In this document: one piece after another, positions 9,301 through 16,507 of the stretch | How the letters are laid out: each line of letters starts with the position of its first letter | How positions within the stretch are numbered: the first letter of the stretch is position 1 | Made by a program: the position numbers and the translations under genes | Virus record (IMG/VR): IMGVR_UViG_3300037048_000303 | Span: 1 to 24,385 of that record | Strand: one strand, 5' to 3' | Source of the DNA: a virus | Taxonomy: Duplodnaviria > Caudoviricetes | DNA: 24,385 nt | Notes under the pieces: generated by a model | The model's input: only the letters and a program-made list of their open reading frames with translations | Databases searched by the model: none | Told to the model about the DNA's origin: nothing

Positions 9301-10007
9301 ATATGGTTGATGCTGAATGGATGCAACGTGAACAACGCATTGAAGCCGCACAGTCATTTGTAACAGCCCTGTCCGGTATCGTTGATCAGGAAACAGCACT
9401 CGGAAAAGCTTTATTTGCATTTAACCAGGGATTAGCGATTGCTGAAATCTGGGTAAGCCTTGCAAAAGCAAACGCCGCAGCATTACTCCTTGGTCCCGGT
9501 GCCGCCGCTATGATACCATTTAACACAGCTATTGCAGTTGCTCAAACAGCAATGGTGCTGGCACAAACGGTTAAATCTTTCTCAAAACCTTCAAATGATG
9601 CAGGCTACTCAGATGGTGGGCCAACCGGTCCCGGAGGAAAAAAAGAACCTGCCGGCATCGTACATAAAGGCGAATATGTGCTTTCTCAGGATATGCTCGC
9701 TGACCCAAATGTGAGATACCTTACTCAAATATTTGAAAAAATGAGAACCCGAAGGATTTCACTCAGTCAGGCTGCAATGCCTCTTTTATCTTCCGGAGGA
9801 TTTTCATCAGCAAACAGAAGTTCATCCACAATGATTTTGCCGGATTATCCCGACAATTCAAAAGCATTGCAACAACAAACTGAAGCCAATCTTGCCCTGG
9901 CAAAAGCAATTAATCTTTTCATGAATTACAGGCCGGCAGTGGCAATAGATGCCATAGAACGCGAACGTGAAAAATATTTACGAATCAAACAAACAAGCGG
10001 ATTATGA
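6345..10007 (+). CDS. Phage tail tape measure protein (TP901-like core), 1220 aa
   Basis: AFAEYDDKLVDVMKTT...LLELARVAGKLG core, long Ala/Leu-rich helical and hydrophobic segments, coiled coils, and a C-terminal GYSDGGPTGPGGKKEPAGIVHKGEYV motif. Confidence 0.92.
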   Translation: MATTYTRRINLYINGKQVSADIVSIRKEMSKLVNEQARMTLGSKDYVKHTAKIKSLKTIIDQHNQDLSTTHKKWNNFQKMADAANRYFAVITAGIAAVAGAVMTVKQTVEAFAEYDDKLVDVMKTTDLTKMETQALNEEIRKINTRTAQIELLELARVAGKLGIRGKEDILGFVNATDKIKVALAEDLGGDTEESVRQLGKLVDIFKLDQEFTMEESLLKIGSAMNALGASGTANEGYMLEFTKRVAGVAPTAGITIDKILGIATTLDELGQTSEVSGTAFNQVISNMFKNTADYAHVAGMELQAFTDLMNEDANEALIQLLIGAKGSTDGFGQLAKSLSSLGMDGVRATNVLGVLAANIDQLRENQKFSNEEFVKGNSLLIEFNKKNNSAQANLEKASKIFKQVQVDLGEKLAPIYASTIKKASTLLKVFGATVEFLFKYGATIVFATGYLITYTAAVKILALWEARKNTQMGLGLVVLRANIFLNRAGSAAMLLYAAAVAVLEGNFKRAAVAMRLFMAFASATPIGLAFTAIAGLILAIRGYDKYMSGANERAQQQAKALKDLKIMTDAYTGHLEKLNDTIKDSNTLTLEQKRVMAESSAEMIGAIENTIRLQKLEQDMLRQTNTRATLWQKTVNIFKSGGNPYLTASLNMMDAVENGQEAAETMNTGIDQLENTMIGLKGAAKGVWEIVNAESIGDKIGTESLVMMNEKLAKYKIALDNAIFGGKDYIRIQQKIKDLESKMNPPKWTSDDEINQQIEVLTAAFNKKQALIRQDYLKGKTNEDEYNDLMLLSELKFLDDKLKIYNAGSQEYQEAVNKALELQVAVDIKLRDLQLKAVEELANAKIENFRDEFQRQEEAEIERWNQEKTALEKQLFDKVTLNEKEQAINDAIHQIIQEKEKKHQQVMADLKTGKNLVDLENMVTATDPFDEEVAPLEQMQESFNARAELIQAQYVNELNLAAGNHAAMLAAEKRYSDAMLQLKLDMVDAEWMQREQRIEAAQSFVTALSGIVDQETALGKALFAFNQGLAIAEIWVSLAKANAAALLLGPGAAAMIPFNTAIAVAQTAMVLAQTVKSFSKPSNDAGYSDGGPTGPGGKKEPAGIVHKGEYVLSQDMLADPNVRYLTQIFEKMRTRRISLSQAAMPLLSSGGFSSANRSSSTMILPDYPDNSKALQQQTEANLALAKAINLFMNYRPAVAIDAIEREREKYLRIKQTSGL

Positions 10008-11197
10008 GTGTTACCATTTCTGGAATATTACCTGCAAGCACACACCTGAGCGGGAATATCATCGAGCTAAAAGCAACAACGAGCGGAATACCTGCCGGTG
10101 CTTCCGAATACAAAATACTTCTTAAAATCGTAAGTGCAGATAACATTCTTTTTGGTACGCCATTTATGGATGCTATTGCTCCCGATTCAGCCGGAGTTGC
10201 ACGATTTGATATTTCCGGTATTGTGGATCAAAATGTCAACAAAGATTTTCACTGGCCGATTCCAACCCAATATGAAGGCCGCTGGCATGGTTACGTAAAT
10301 CTTGTTTATGACATATTTCTGATTCCTGGTGAGATGTATGTAAATCAAAGCAATGTTCTGGTTGAAAACTGGCAGGCCGCTTTCGGTACAATTTTTATCG
10401 TAAAAGGAAAATTGAATGATCTTGTTCTTTCCCAGCTCAACCAGTCCAACAATTCATGGTTTGACTATTTCTGTGCCGGTGGCCGATGGTTCACATATCA
10501 GCCCCTTACACAGTATATTACTCCATACCAACCCATAAAGCTTTGGTGGAAACCGCCAACAACCGGCTTGAATTTTACGCTCAACGCAAAAGGTTATTAC
10601 AGCGATGGCTCAGTGAAAAACTATGCCGATTTCCCAACCATGTGGTATGATGTAATGTTTGAATTCGAACTACAGCCTTCCGGCCTTGGGTTTCCTCCAA
10701 TCGACGGAGATGCAAAACTGCTGAAATTCGAAGTATGGATGACAGGAACGCCATCAGTTGAAAAACGTACTTTTATCATCGACTGGGCTTATCACGAAGA
10801 AGTCTGGTTCCTGCTCGCTGATAATCAAATTGGTGGAATTGACTGTATTTCTCTTACCGGAGCAATTGCTTACAATCCTTCCGGAGAAAGAAAAATTACC
10901 GGAAAACCATTTGAGAAAGGGATGGCCATTAAACAACGTACCCAAATCGTATCAGGCAACAAACGCACACGCCGCTGGCAAATTAATTCCGGCTATAAAA
11001 GCAAAGCAGAAATGACTGCCCTCGATGTGCTGCTCGATACTCCAAACGCATGGCTGTTAATGCCACCCATCGGCGGATCTGATTTTATTAATCAATACAG
11101 TATTGTTCCTGTAATAATTACAAGCACTGAAATGCAATTAACAGATTCAATGCAGGATCAGCAGAGTATTGATATCGAAATAACTGAAGCTTACTAA
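10004..11197 (+). CDS. Tail tip/distal tail protein (397 aa)
   Basis: ATGA-coupled to the tape measure gene. Beta-rich, with NQIGGIDCISLTG and INSGY...LLDTPNAW motifs seen in Bacteroidota phage proteins at this position. Confidence 0.6.
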   Translation: MSVTISGILPASTHLSGNIIELKATTSGIPAGASEYKILLKIVSADNILFGTPFMDAIAPDSAGVARFDISGIVDQNVNKDFHWPIPTQYEGRWHGYVNLVYDIFLIPGEMYVNQSNVLVENWQAAFGTIFIVKGKLNDLVLSQLNQSNNSWFDYFCAGGRWFTYQPLTQYITPYQPIKLWWKPPTTGLNFTLNAKGYYSDGSVKNYADFPTMWYDVMFEFELQPSGLGFPPIDGDAKLLKFEVWMTGTPSVEKRTFIIDWAYHEEVWFLLADNQIGGIDCISLTGAIAYNPSGERKITGKPFEKGMAIKQRTQIVSGNKRTRRWQINSGYKSKAEMTALDVLLDTPNAWLLMPPIGGSDFINQYSIVPVIITSTEMQLTDSMQDQQSIDIEITEAY

Positions 11198-11204
11198 AGG
11201 AGGA

Positions 11205-11335
11205 AATGAAAAATGAAAGATTAGAAATGAAAGAATTTTTACCCTTTGCCCCTGCCCGACTGTGTCATTCAGGCGGGCTTTGCCCCTTGCTCTTTGCCTG
11301 CAACTTTGCCTATGCCTTTTTTCATTCACGCATTT
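11205..11335. repeat. Intergenic repeat mosaic: AATGAAA heptamers, TTTGCCC heptamers interrupted by a CCTGCC...GGCGGG palindrome
   Basis: AATGAAA x3-4 at 11205-11237. CTTTGCCC at 11244-11251 and 11278-11285 flanks the imperfect palindrome CCTGCCCGACTGTGTCATTCAGGCGGG (11251-11277). Further TTTGCC units run to ~11316. Confidence 0.8.
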
Positions 11336-11339
11336 TCCC

Positions 11340-13391
11340 ATGTTAGGTTACTACATTAATAACAAACCTCTTTTATTAAGCCCCGAAACTTCGGTAAAAA
11401 TTATCTATTACAACCCTGCCTGCTTTTTTACAGAAATCCCGGGCGATGTTGCAATGGGTATTGAAATCGAAGTAAACGAAACAAACCGCGCAATTCTCGG
11501 TAACCCTGACAGGTTCGAAAAATATTCAACATCAAACGACCGCGAATTTAAAGGCTTTGAAATACGCTTCAGCGGAAAACTGCTTCACGCCGGAACCCTT
11601 GTAATCCAGTCAGCCAACAACGAATCTTACAGCGGATGGGGTCGCAACAACGTCGGGAACCTGGGAAAGGAACATCGCGAAAAATACATTTATGATATAC
11701 CTGCATTCGCGCAGGATATCACTTTTCAAAACAAAGCAAACTATGATCCACTCACCGATCCGTATGGCTGCCCTACCATCTTTAACCCTGAATTTTTCAG
11801 GGATAAAGGCCATACCGTGGATCTTAAAAAAGCAATTCCTAATCCCGACTATGTTAATTTGACCGTTTGGCAGGATATATTCAGAAAACAACCACCAGCT
11901 ACTATTTTACAGGATTACAAAACCGAAGCACTAACAGAAGCCTTCCGGAAAAGCTGCGCTTACTTCGTAAATAAACTACTGCCAAATAATACAGTAGATA
12001 CAATGGGCTCCACTGCTCTGATTAAAAGAATGGAAACCGACCTTTTTGTCAACGTACTTTCACCAATGCTTTTCCTGAATTACATTCTCGAAATGCTTTT
12101 TCGTGATGCACACTTTTTTATCGACAAAAATGCCATCGCAGAACACGATGATTTGAAAAAACTTATCCTGTATAATAATTTCGATGTCACGCACATTGAT
12201 TTTACCAGAACCGTTACAACTGTCGTAATTCCTGAAATTCCTGACGAAAACGATAAATATTATATCATTCCCTCCATTACATATACAACCGGCGATATTC
12301 AGGATATCATAAGGAGTTATGATGGTACTTTCAAGTATCGCGATCTTATCCCAAAAATACAAATGAAAGATTTTGTTATCAGTATTCAGAATCTGCTCAA
12401 TGTCTGCTTTCATTTTCACCCTAACGGCAAAGTTGATGTTGTTGACAGGGAAACTATCATGGATTCTGTTCCAATTGATATCAGTGATTATATGCTTGGA
12501 GCATGGTACATGGGTGAGAAAAAAAATGTTACCCTGAAATTCCTTTTCAGCCATGATGATGCTGATTTAATGTTTTCTGAAAAATGGGAAGATATTGATG
12601 ACCGCAGGATTTTTGAAGGAGATCCGGTTGAAACAGCCGCAGATTTGGAATTTATCGAAAATCCATTAAACGACGAAATCCGTTACATCATTCAATCCAA
12701 TACCTACGTTCAGTATTGCTGGACCATTAAAAACCAAATCGACCCCGCCACAGGTAAGGAAATACCTGAAAATAAAATCGGATGGAAACACCTTACAACC
12801 GGCTTTCAAAATGGATTTTTTAACCGGGAAAAGGAATACGAAATCGAAGAAATTAAAACAGAATTCAGTACCATTTTTGGCGATCAGACAACCCAAACCT
12901 TTCAAAAAGGAAACATGGAAACCATCAGGTTTGAATACGAAAGTTTTACTCCACGGCTTATGTTTTATCTCGGAAACAACCGGGCAAAATCTGAAACCAA
13001 AAACATTGCCCTTGATTGGGAGAAAAAAACAAAAGGATTACTTGCAACACGCTGGCCTAAATGGAACCGGTTTTGGTGTCAGCGCCAACCGGTTGAAAGA
13101 AGAGCTGCATTACCGCTGAATGTTATTGATTACGTTTCAAGAAATATTACCGGCAAATTTCGATCAAAAGAAGGTGATTTTATTATCGAAACCATGGAAA
13201 CCGAATATTCAGTAAATACCATTGGTGAAACTAAAATCACAGGTTATAAAGGAGATTACCAGCCTCACACAACCGGCCTTGAAGAACACTGGCATCCAAA
13301 TAATTTAATACTTGATGATACATTGATTGATTTTAAAAATATCGGATTGAATTTCGACACAGATATAAACTTGTTTCCATTTGGATTATAA
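11340..13391 (+). CDS. Tail hub/central tip protein (683 aa)
   Basis: ORF 11262-13391. The first 26 codons are translated repeat DNA, so ATG 11340 (MLGYYINNKPL...) is preferred. N-terminal I....L.LSPETSVKI...NP...N...LG pattern and position are typical of Bacteroidota tail-tip proteins. Confidence 0.6.
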   Translation: MLGYYINNKPLLLSPETSVKIIYYNPACFFTEIPGDVAMGIEIEVNETNRAILGNPDRFEKYSTSNDREFKGFEIRFSGKLLHAGTLVIQSANNESYSGWGRNNVGNLGKEHREKYIYDIPAFAQDITFQNKANYDPLTDPYGCPTIFNPEFFRDKGHTVDLKKAIPNPDYVNLTVWQDIFRKQPPATILQDYKTEALTEAFRKSCAYFVNKLLPNNTVDTMGSTALIKRMETDLFVNVLSPMLFLNYILEMLFRDAHFFIDKNAIAEHDDLKKLILYNNFDVTHIDFTRTVTTVVIPEIPDENDKYYIIPSITYTTGDIQDIIRSYDGTFKYRDLIPKIQMKDFVISIQNLLNVCFHFHPNGKVDVVDRETIMDSVPIDISDYMLGAWYMGEKKNVTLKFLFSHDDADLMFSEKWEDIDDRRIFEGDPVETAADLEFIENPLNDEIRYIIQSNTYVQYCWTIKNQIDPATGKEIPENKIGWKHLTTGFQNGFFNREKEYEIEEIKTEFSTIFGDQTTQTFQKGNMETIRFEYESFTPRLMFYLGNNRAKSETKNIALDWEKKTKGLLATRWPKWNRFWCQRQPVERRAALPLNVIDYVSRNITGKFRSKEGDFIIETMETEYSVNTIGETKITGYKGDYQPHTTGLEEHWHPNNLILDDTLIDFKNIGLNFDTDINLFPFGL

Positions 13392-13401
13392 ATAATAAAT
13401 T

Positions 13402-13848
13402 ATGAAAAAGATTTTTGAAGGTCCGTCACGCAGGGTAGGCACTATTTTTCAGGAAATAGACACCAATTTTATCGAAGTCTGCAATAGCATCCTACGGATT
13501 GCTTTTCCTGAATGTACTTTAAAAGGCTATGCCGAAACAGAACCGGCCGGGCCTGCTTTGTTCGATTCGTACCTGGTGCGCGAAGATGCATCGCTCTGGG
13601 GTATTGAAGTTCAAAAAGATGAAATATTAAACTGGTCAGGAAACGAATGGTTAATCATTCCTTTCAAAATAACAGAAATTAACCAGGCTTTACAGTTCTT
13701 GTTTTTTGATGCTGACAAAATTTCAATCGCACCAATTCCGGGATTAAATGCCATTCATATTCAATCAGCGCTCGAAGAAATTACCGCAGCTCTGATTTCT
13801 GCAAATATTATCGTTCCATCTTCCGGAAGCGGAATCGGTAGTATTTAA
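13402..13848 (+). CDS. Small tail fibre anchor/adaptor protein (148 aa)
   Basis: Contains fibre-associated motifs: FQEIDTNFIEV, P.GPALFDSYLV...W.G.EW (DUF2793-like) and A..I...P..GL.A..IQSALEEI. Confidence 0.5.
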   Translation: MKKIFEGPSRRVGTIFQEIDTNFIEVCNSILRIAFPECTLKGYAETEPAGPALFDSYLVREDASLWGIEVQKDEILNWSGNEWLIIPFKITEINQALQFLFFDADKISIAPIPGLNAIHIQSALEEITAALISANIIVPSSGSGIGSI

Positions 13849-13850
13849 AA

Positions 13851-14040
13851 TTGCTCCACAAAAAGGGTTCAGGACTGTAACCGCAAAATACAACAAGTTA
13901 GATTCCTTTTGGGCAGGAATCCCAATTCGGAATGTATGCTGAACAGCCCAACAGCCGGAAAGCTCGCGCTTCCGTTAACATCGCTCCAGAATTCCGCGAT
14001 GAATTTTTTGACTTACGGATTCGCAGGCGAATCTAAACAA
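13851..14040. other. Multi-hairpin non-coding element (structured RNA or non-autonomous element)
   Basis: Hairpins at 13901-13921, 13956-13974, 13979-14001 and 14018-14033. Long-range complements GTTCAG/CTGAAC and TTGGGC/GCCCAA. Confidence 0.45.
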
Positions 14041-14050
14041 GGTACAAACG

Positions 14051-14104
14051 TAATTTTTAATTCCTGCCTGACAGCAGGCAGGTTTAATTTCTAATTTTTA
14101 ATTG
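14051..14104. repeat. TAATTTT heptamer array interrupted by the palindrome CCTGCCTG-ACAG-CAGGCAGG
   Basis: Perfect 8-bp stem at 14063-14082, embedded between TAATTTT/TAATTTC heptamers. Confidence 0.8.
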
Positions 14105-14109
14105 ACACC

Positions 14110-15420
14110 ATGGCCGATGAAAGAATAAGAACAAAAAGTGAACTAAAACACCTCTTCACCAATCTCAAACGGAAAGGCATATCTGACGATATGATTTCCA
14201 TTCTTATTGATAGCCTTTGGCGGGATCGCGCCAACCAGCGTTCCAGTGGCTTTTATCATGCCGGTGGTTATGATGCTGAATTCTCTTTCAATATAAATAC
14301 ACGCATTTTCTCAATCAAACCTTTCGATCCGCTGGTCGAAAACTTTGAACCCCGCTACTCCGTTTTTTCCTGGTCAAATGAAGCCATTCTCCATCGCATT
14401 TTCACACTACACGAAATTGTAATACCAAATGAGGAAGGTCTGTTTTGCATTTATTTTGACAAAGAACCAGAACCAGGCCGTGGACGGATTCTGTTTTTCA
14501 AAAAGAATCCCACAACCATTGAACTTGAAGAAATCTATGTTTCAAAAATTCTGATTTCCTGTTTCTATTGGAATGCTGAAAACTCTGATTTAGTCCACTT
14601 CGGTGATGACAGGCATGGCAGCGAATGGAACCCGCAAATCAAATGGTATATTCATAACAGCCTGGCAGCACAAAGAAAAACAGGATTGCAATTGGCTAAC
14701 TACATTCTGAATGGTGATGGCAGTTCGAACGATCACGCAAAATTCAATATCACCGGCGGAGTTATGATCCACGATGATTTTGAAATGACCATCCCGGAAT
14801 CGACAACTACGATACCTGTTCTTTTTTTTACCGACCATAAACCCCGTTTTGCTTCGAACACCGGCTATGCTGTGGCAACCAGCGACCGCGTTCTCTATAA
14901 TCCCGGCCTGACAAGTATTGAAGATGTTGACAACGGCAATTATGTGCTTTACCATATTTTTGCCACCAACGAAATTTTAACGGCCAGCCGGAAGATTATT
15001 TCGGTAATGGGAGCGGCGCAATACACTTCTGTACAAGCCGCTTTTACCGCAGCAGAGGCAGAAACAGACAGTATCAGAAACCTGATGCCCATGCAGGGCA
15101 AATGTTATATCGACAGCTTAATATTTCAAGTATCAGATAATTATACCAATGCTGTAAAAGCCCGGATAGTTGGTTTTGTGAATTCCCTTTTGCATGAAAC
15201 CAGCGAGTATGTAACCGAACGGTTAGCAGGCAGTATCGACGGCGTAAACACCGTGTTTACAACATCGAAACCGTATGTTCCGGGCAAAATATTTGTCCTT
15301 TTGAATGGTTTAAAAGAGTACGATTTTTCGGAAATTAATAATACAACGATTCAAATGGACGATCCGCCAAACAATTCGGGTTTTACGGATATACTTGAAT
15401 GTATTTACAAACCAAAATAA
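14110..15420 (+). CDS. Tail fibre/baseplate-attachment protein (436 aa)
   Basis: N-terminal RTKSELKHLF...ILIDS anchor-like motif. C-terminal GSIDGVNTVFT...NG...PP...DIL..Y small beta domain common in phage fibre adaptors. Confidence 0.6.
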   Translation: MADERIRTKSELKHLFTNLKRKGISDDMISILIDSLWRDRANQRSSGFYHAGGYDAEFSFNINTRIFSIKPFDPLVENFEPRYSVFSWSNEAILHRIFTLHEIVIPNEEGLFCIYFDKEPEPGRGRILFFKKNPTTIELEEIYVSKILISCFYWNAENSDLVHFGDDRHGSEWNPQIKWYIHNSLAAQRKTGLQLANYILNGDGSSNDHAKFNITGGVMIHDDFEMTIPESTTTIPVLFFTDHKPRFASNTGYAVATSDRVLYNPGLTSIEDVDNGNYVLYHIFATNEILTASRKIISVMGAAQYTSVQAAFTAAEAETDSIRNLMPMQGKCYIDSLIFQVSDNYTNAVKARIVGFVNSLLHETSEYVTERLAGSIDGVNTVFTTSKPYVPGKIFVLLNGLKEYDFSEINNTTIQMDDPPNNSGFTDILECIYKPK

Positions 15421-15438
15421 TATTTAAGATTTAAAAAC

Positions 15439-16503
15439 ATGACAACAAAAATCAGAAGCAGTAAGCAGCTACACATAGATGCCAGCCTTAACCTTAATAA
15501 TCAGAAAATTGTATCACTTAACCCTGGTAGTGCTGGTACCGATGCTGTTAATGTTGATCAACTAAACACTGCAATTGGTGATGCTACTTCCGGACTGGGT
15601 AATTCAATTCATGTTCCGGTTCAGGACCTTGCAGCGGCAAAAGCCATTATAGCTGCCGAAAGGGCAGATAAAATGATTATGAACATCGAATCGCTCGGGT
15701 TATACCGTTACGATTTGGAAAGTGTTGCGGCAAGCAATGACGATACAGTTATAAGGCCAACGGATATTGCCAGCGATGCAACGCCGGGCAGGTGGATAAA
15801 AATGAGCAGCACAATCAATGACCACAACAACCTATCAAACATACAGGGCGGAACAGTAGGGCAATACAACCACTTAACAAACGCTCAACTTGGCGCACTT
15901 CATGCCGCAGAAACAGCTTCATCGATTGGTGTGATTGTGAATGGAGCAGCGGCGGCAACGCCAAATGATACCGACCTTGTGGCTACGGTTGAAAGCAGTG
16001 TTGTTAAGAAAATAACCTGGACGAACGTAAAGGCATTTCTGAAAACCTATTTTGATGGAATTTACTGGCTTAAAACTGCCACCGGCGCGGTTACTATTTC
16101 TGGAACAGTTACAGCAATAACCGACAAAGCCGTTACCCTTGTAAAAATGGCCGACGTTGCAACAGCTACATTTCTGGGCAGAACCACGGCGGCAACCGGT
16201 GTACCCGAAGCCATGACAGTTGCACAGGCACGAACATTACTTGGTCTTACTTCGCTGAACCTGGCACAGCGAAAATACAGGGTAACGCCAACCGGAGTAA
16301 TTAACGGATCGAACCTTGTTTTTACCATTGCCGACAATGTTATTTCAGGATCGGAAGAGGTTTTTAAAAACGGGGTTTTACAAACTGCAACCGTTAATTA
16401 TACAGTCAGTTACGGAGCAACTACAACCATCACTTTTATTGCTGAATATGTACCTTCGAATGTGGGCTACAATGATGTTTTATCTGTAAACTATTCAATT
16501 TAA
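15439..16503 (+). CDS. Tail fibre protein (354 aa)
   Basis: LNNQKIVSL..G...TDAVNVDQL, HNNLSNIQGG...YNHLT, KKITWTNVKA, ITDKAVTLVKMA and TVAQARTLLG fibre motifs, plus the same C-terminal beta domain as the previous gene. Confidence 0.75.
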   Translation: MTTKIRSSKQLHIDASLNLNNQKIVSLNPGSAGTDAVNVDQLNTAIGDATSGLGNSIHVPVQDLAAAKAIIAAERADKMIMNIESLGLYRYDLESVAASNDDTVIRPTDIASDATPGRWIKMSSTINDHNNLSNIQGGTVGQYNHLTNAQLGALHAAETASSIGVIVNGAAAATPNDTDLVATVESSVVKKITWTNVKAFLKTYFDGIYWLKTATGAVTISGTVTAITDKAVTLVKMADVATATFLGRTTAATGVPEAMTVAQARTLLGLTSLNLAQRKYRVTPTGVINGSNLVFTIADNVISGSEEVFKNGVLQTATVNYTVSYGATTTITFIAEYVPSNVGYNDVLSVNYSI

Positions 16504-16507
16504 CAAT

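Noticed and set aside
11262-11339. Hydrophobic, signal-like N-terminus of the 709-aa ORF
   Set aside because: It is an artefact of translating TTTGCC repeats from a GTG. The real start is probably ATG 11340, so this protein is not counted among the signal-peptide proteins.
13909-14094. 61-aa ORF
   Set aside because: TTG start, runs through hairpins and the CCTGCC palindrome (CLTAGR), and shows no protein-like features.
15294-15329. Sixth TGTCCTTT octamer
   Set aside because: It lies inside a coding region (FVLL), and the sequence 20 nt downstream is GATTTTTC, not a TAnnTT box.
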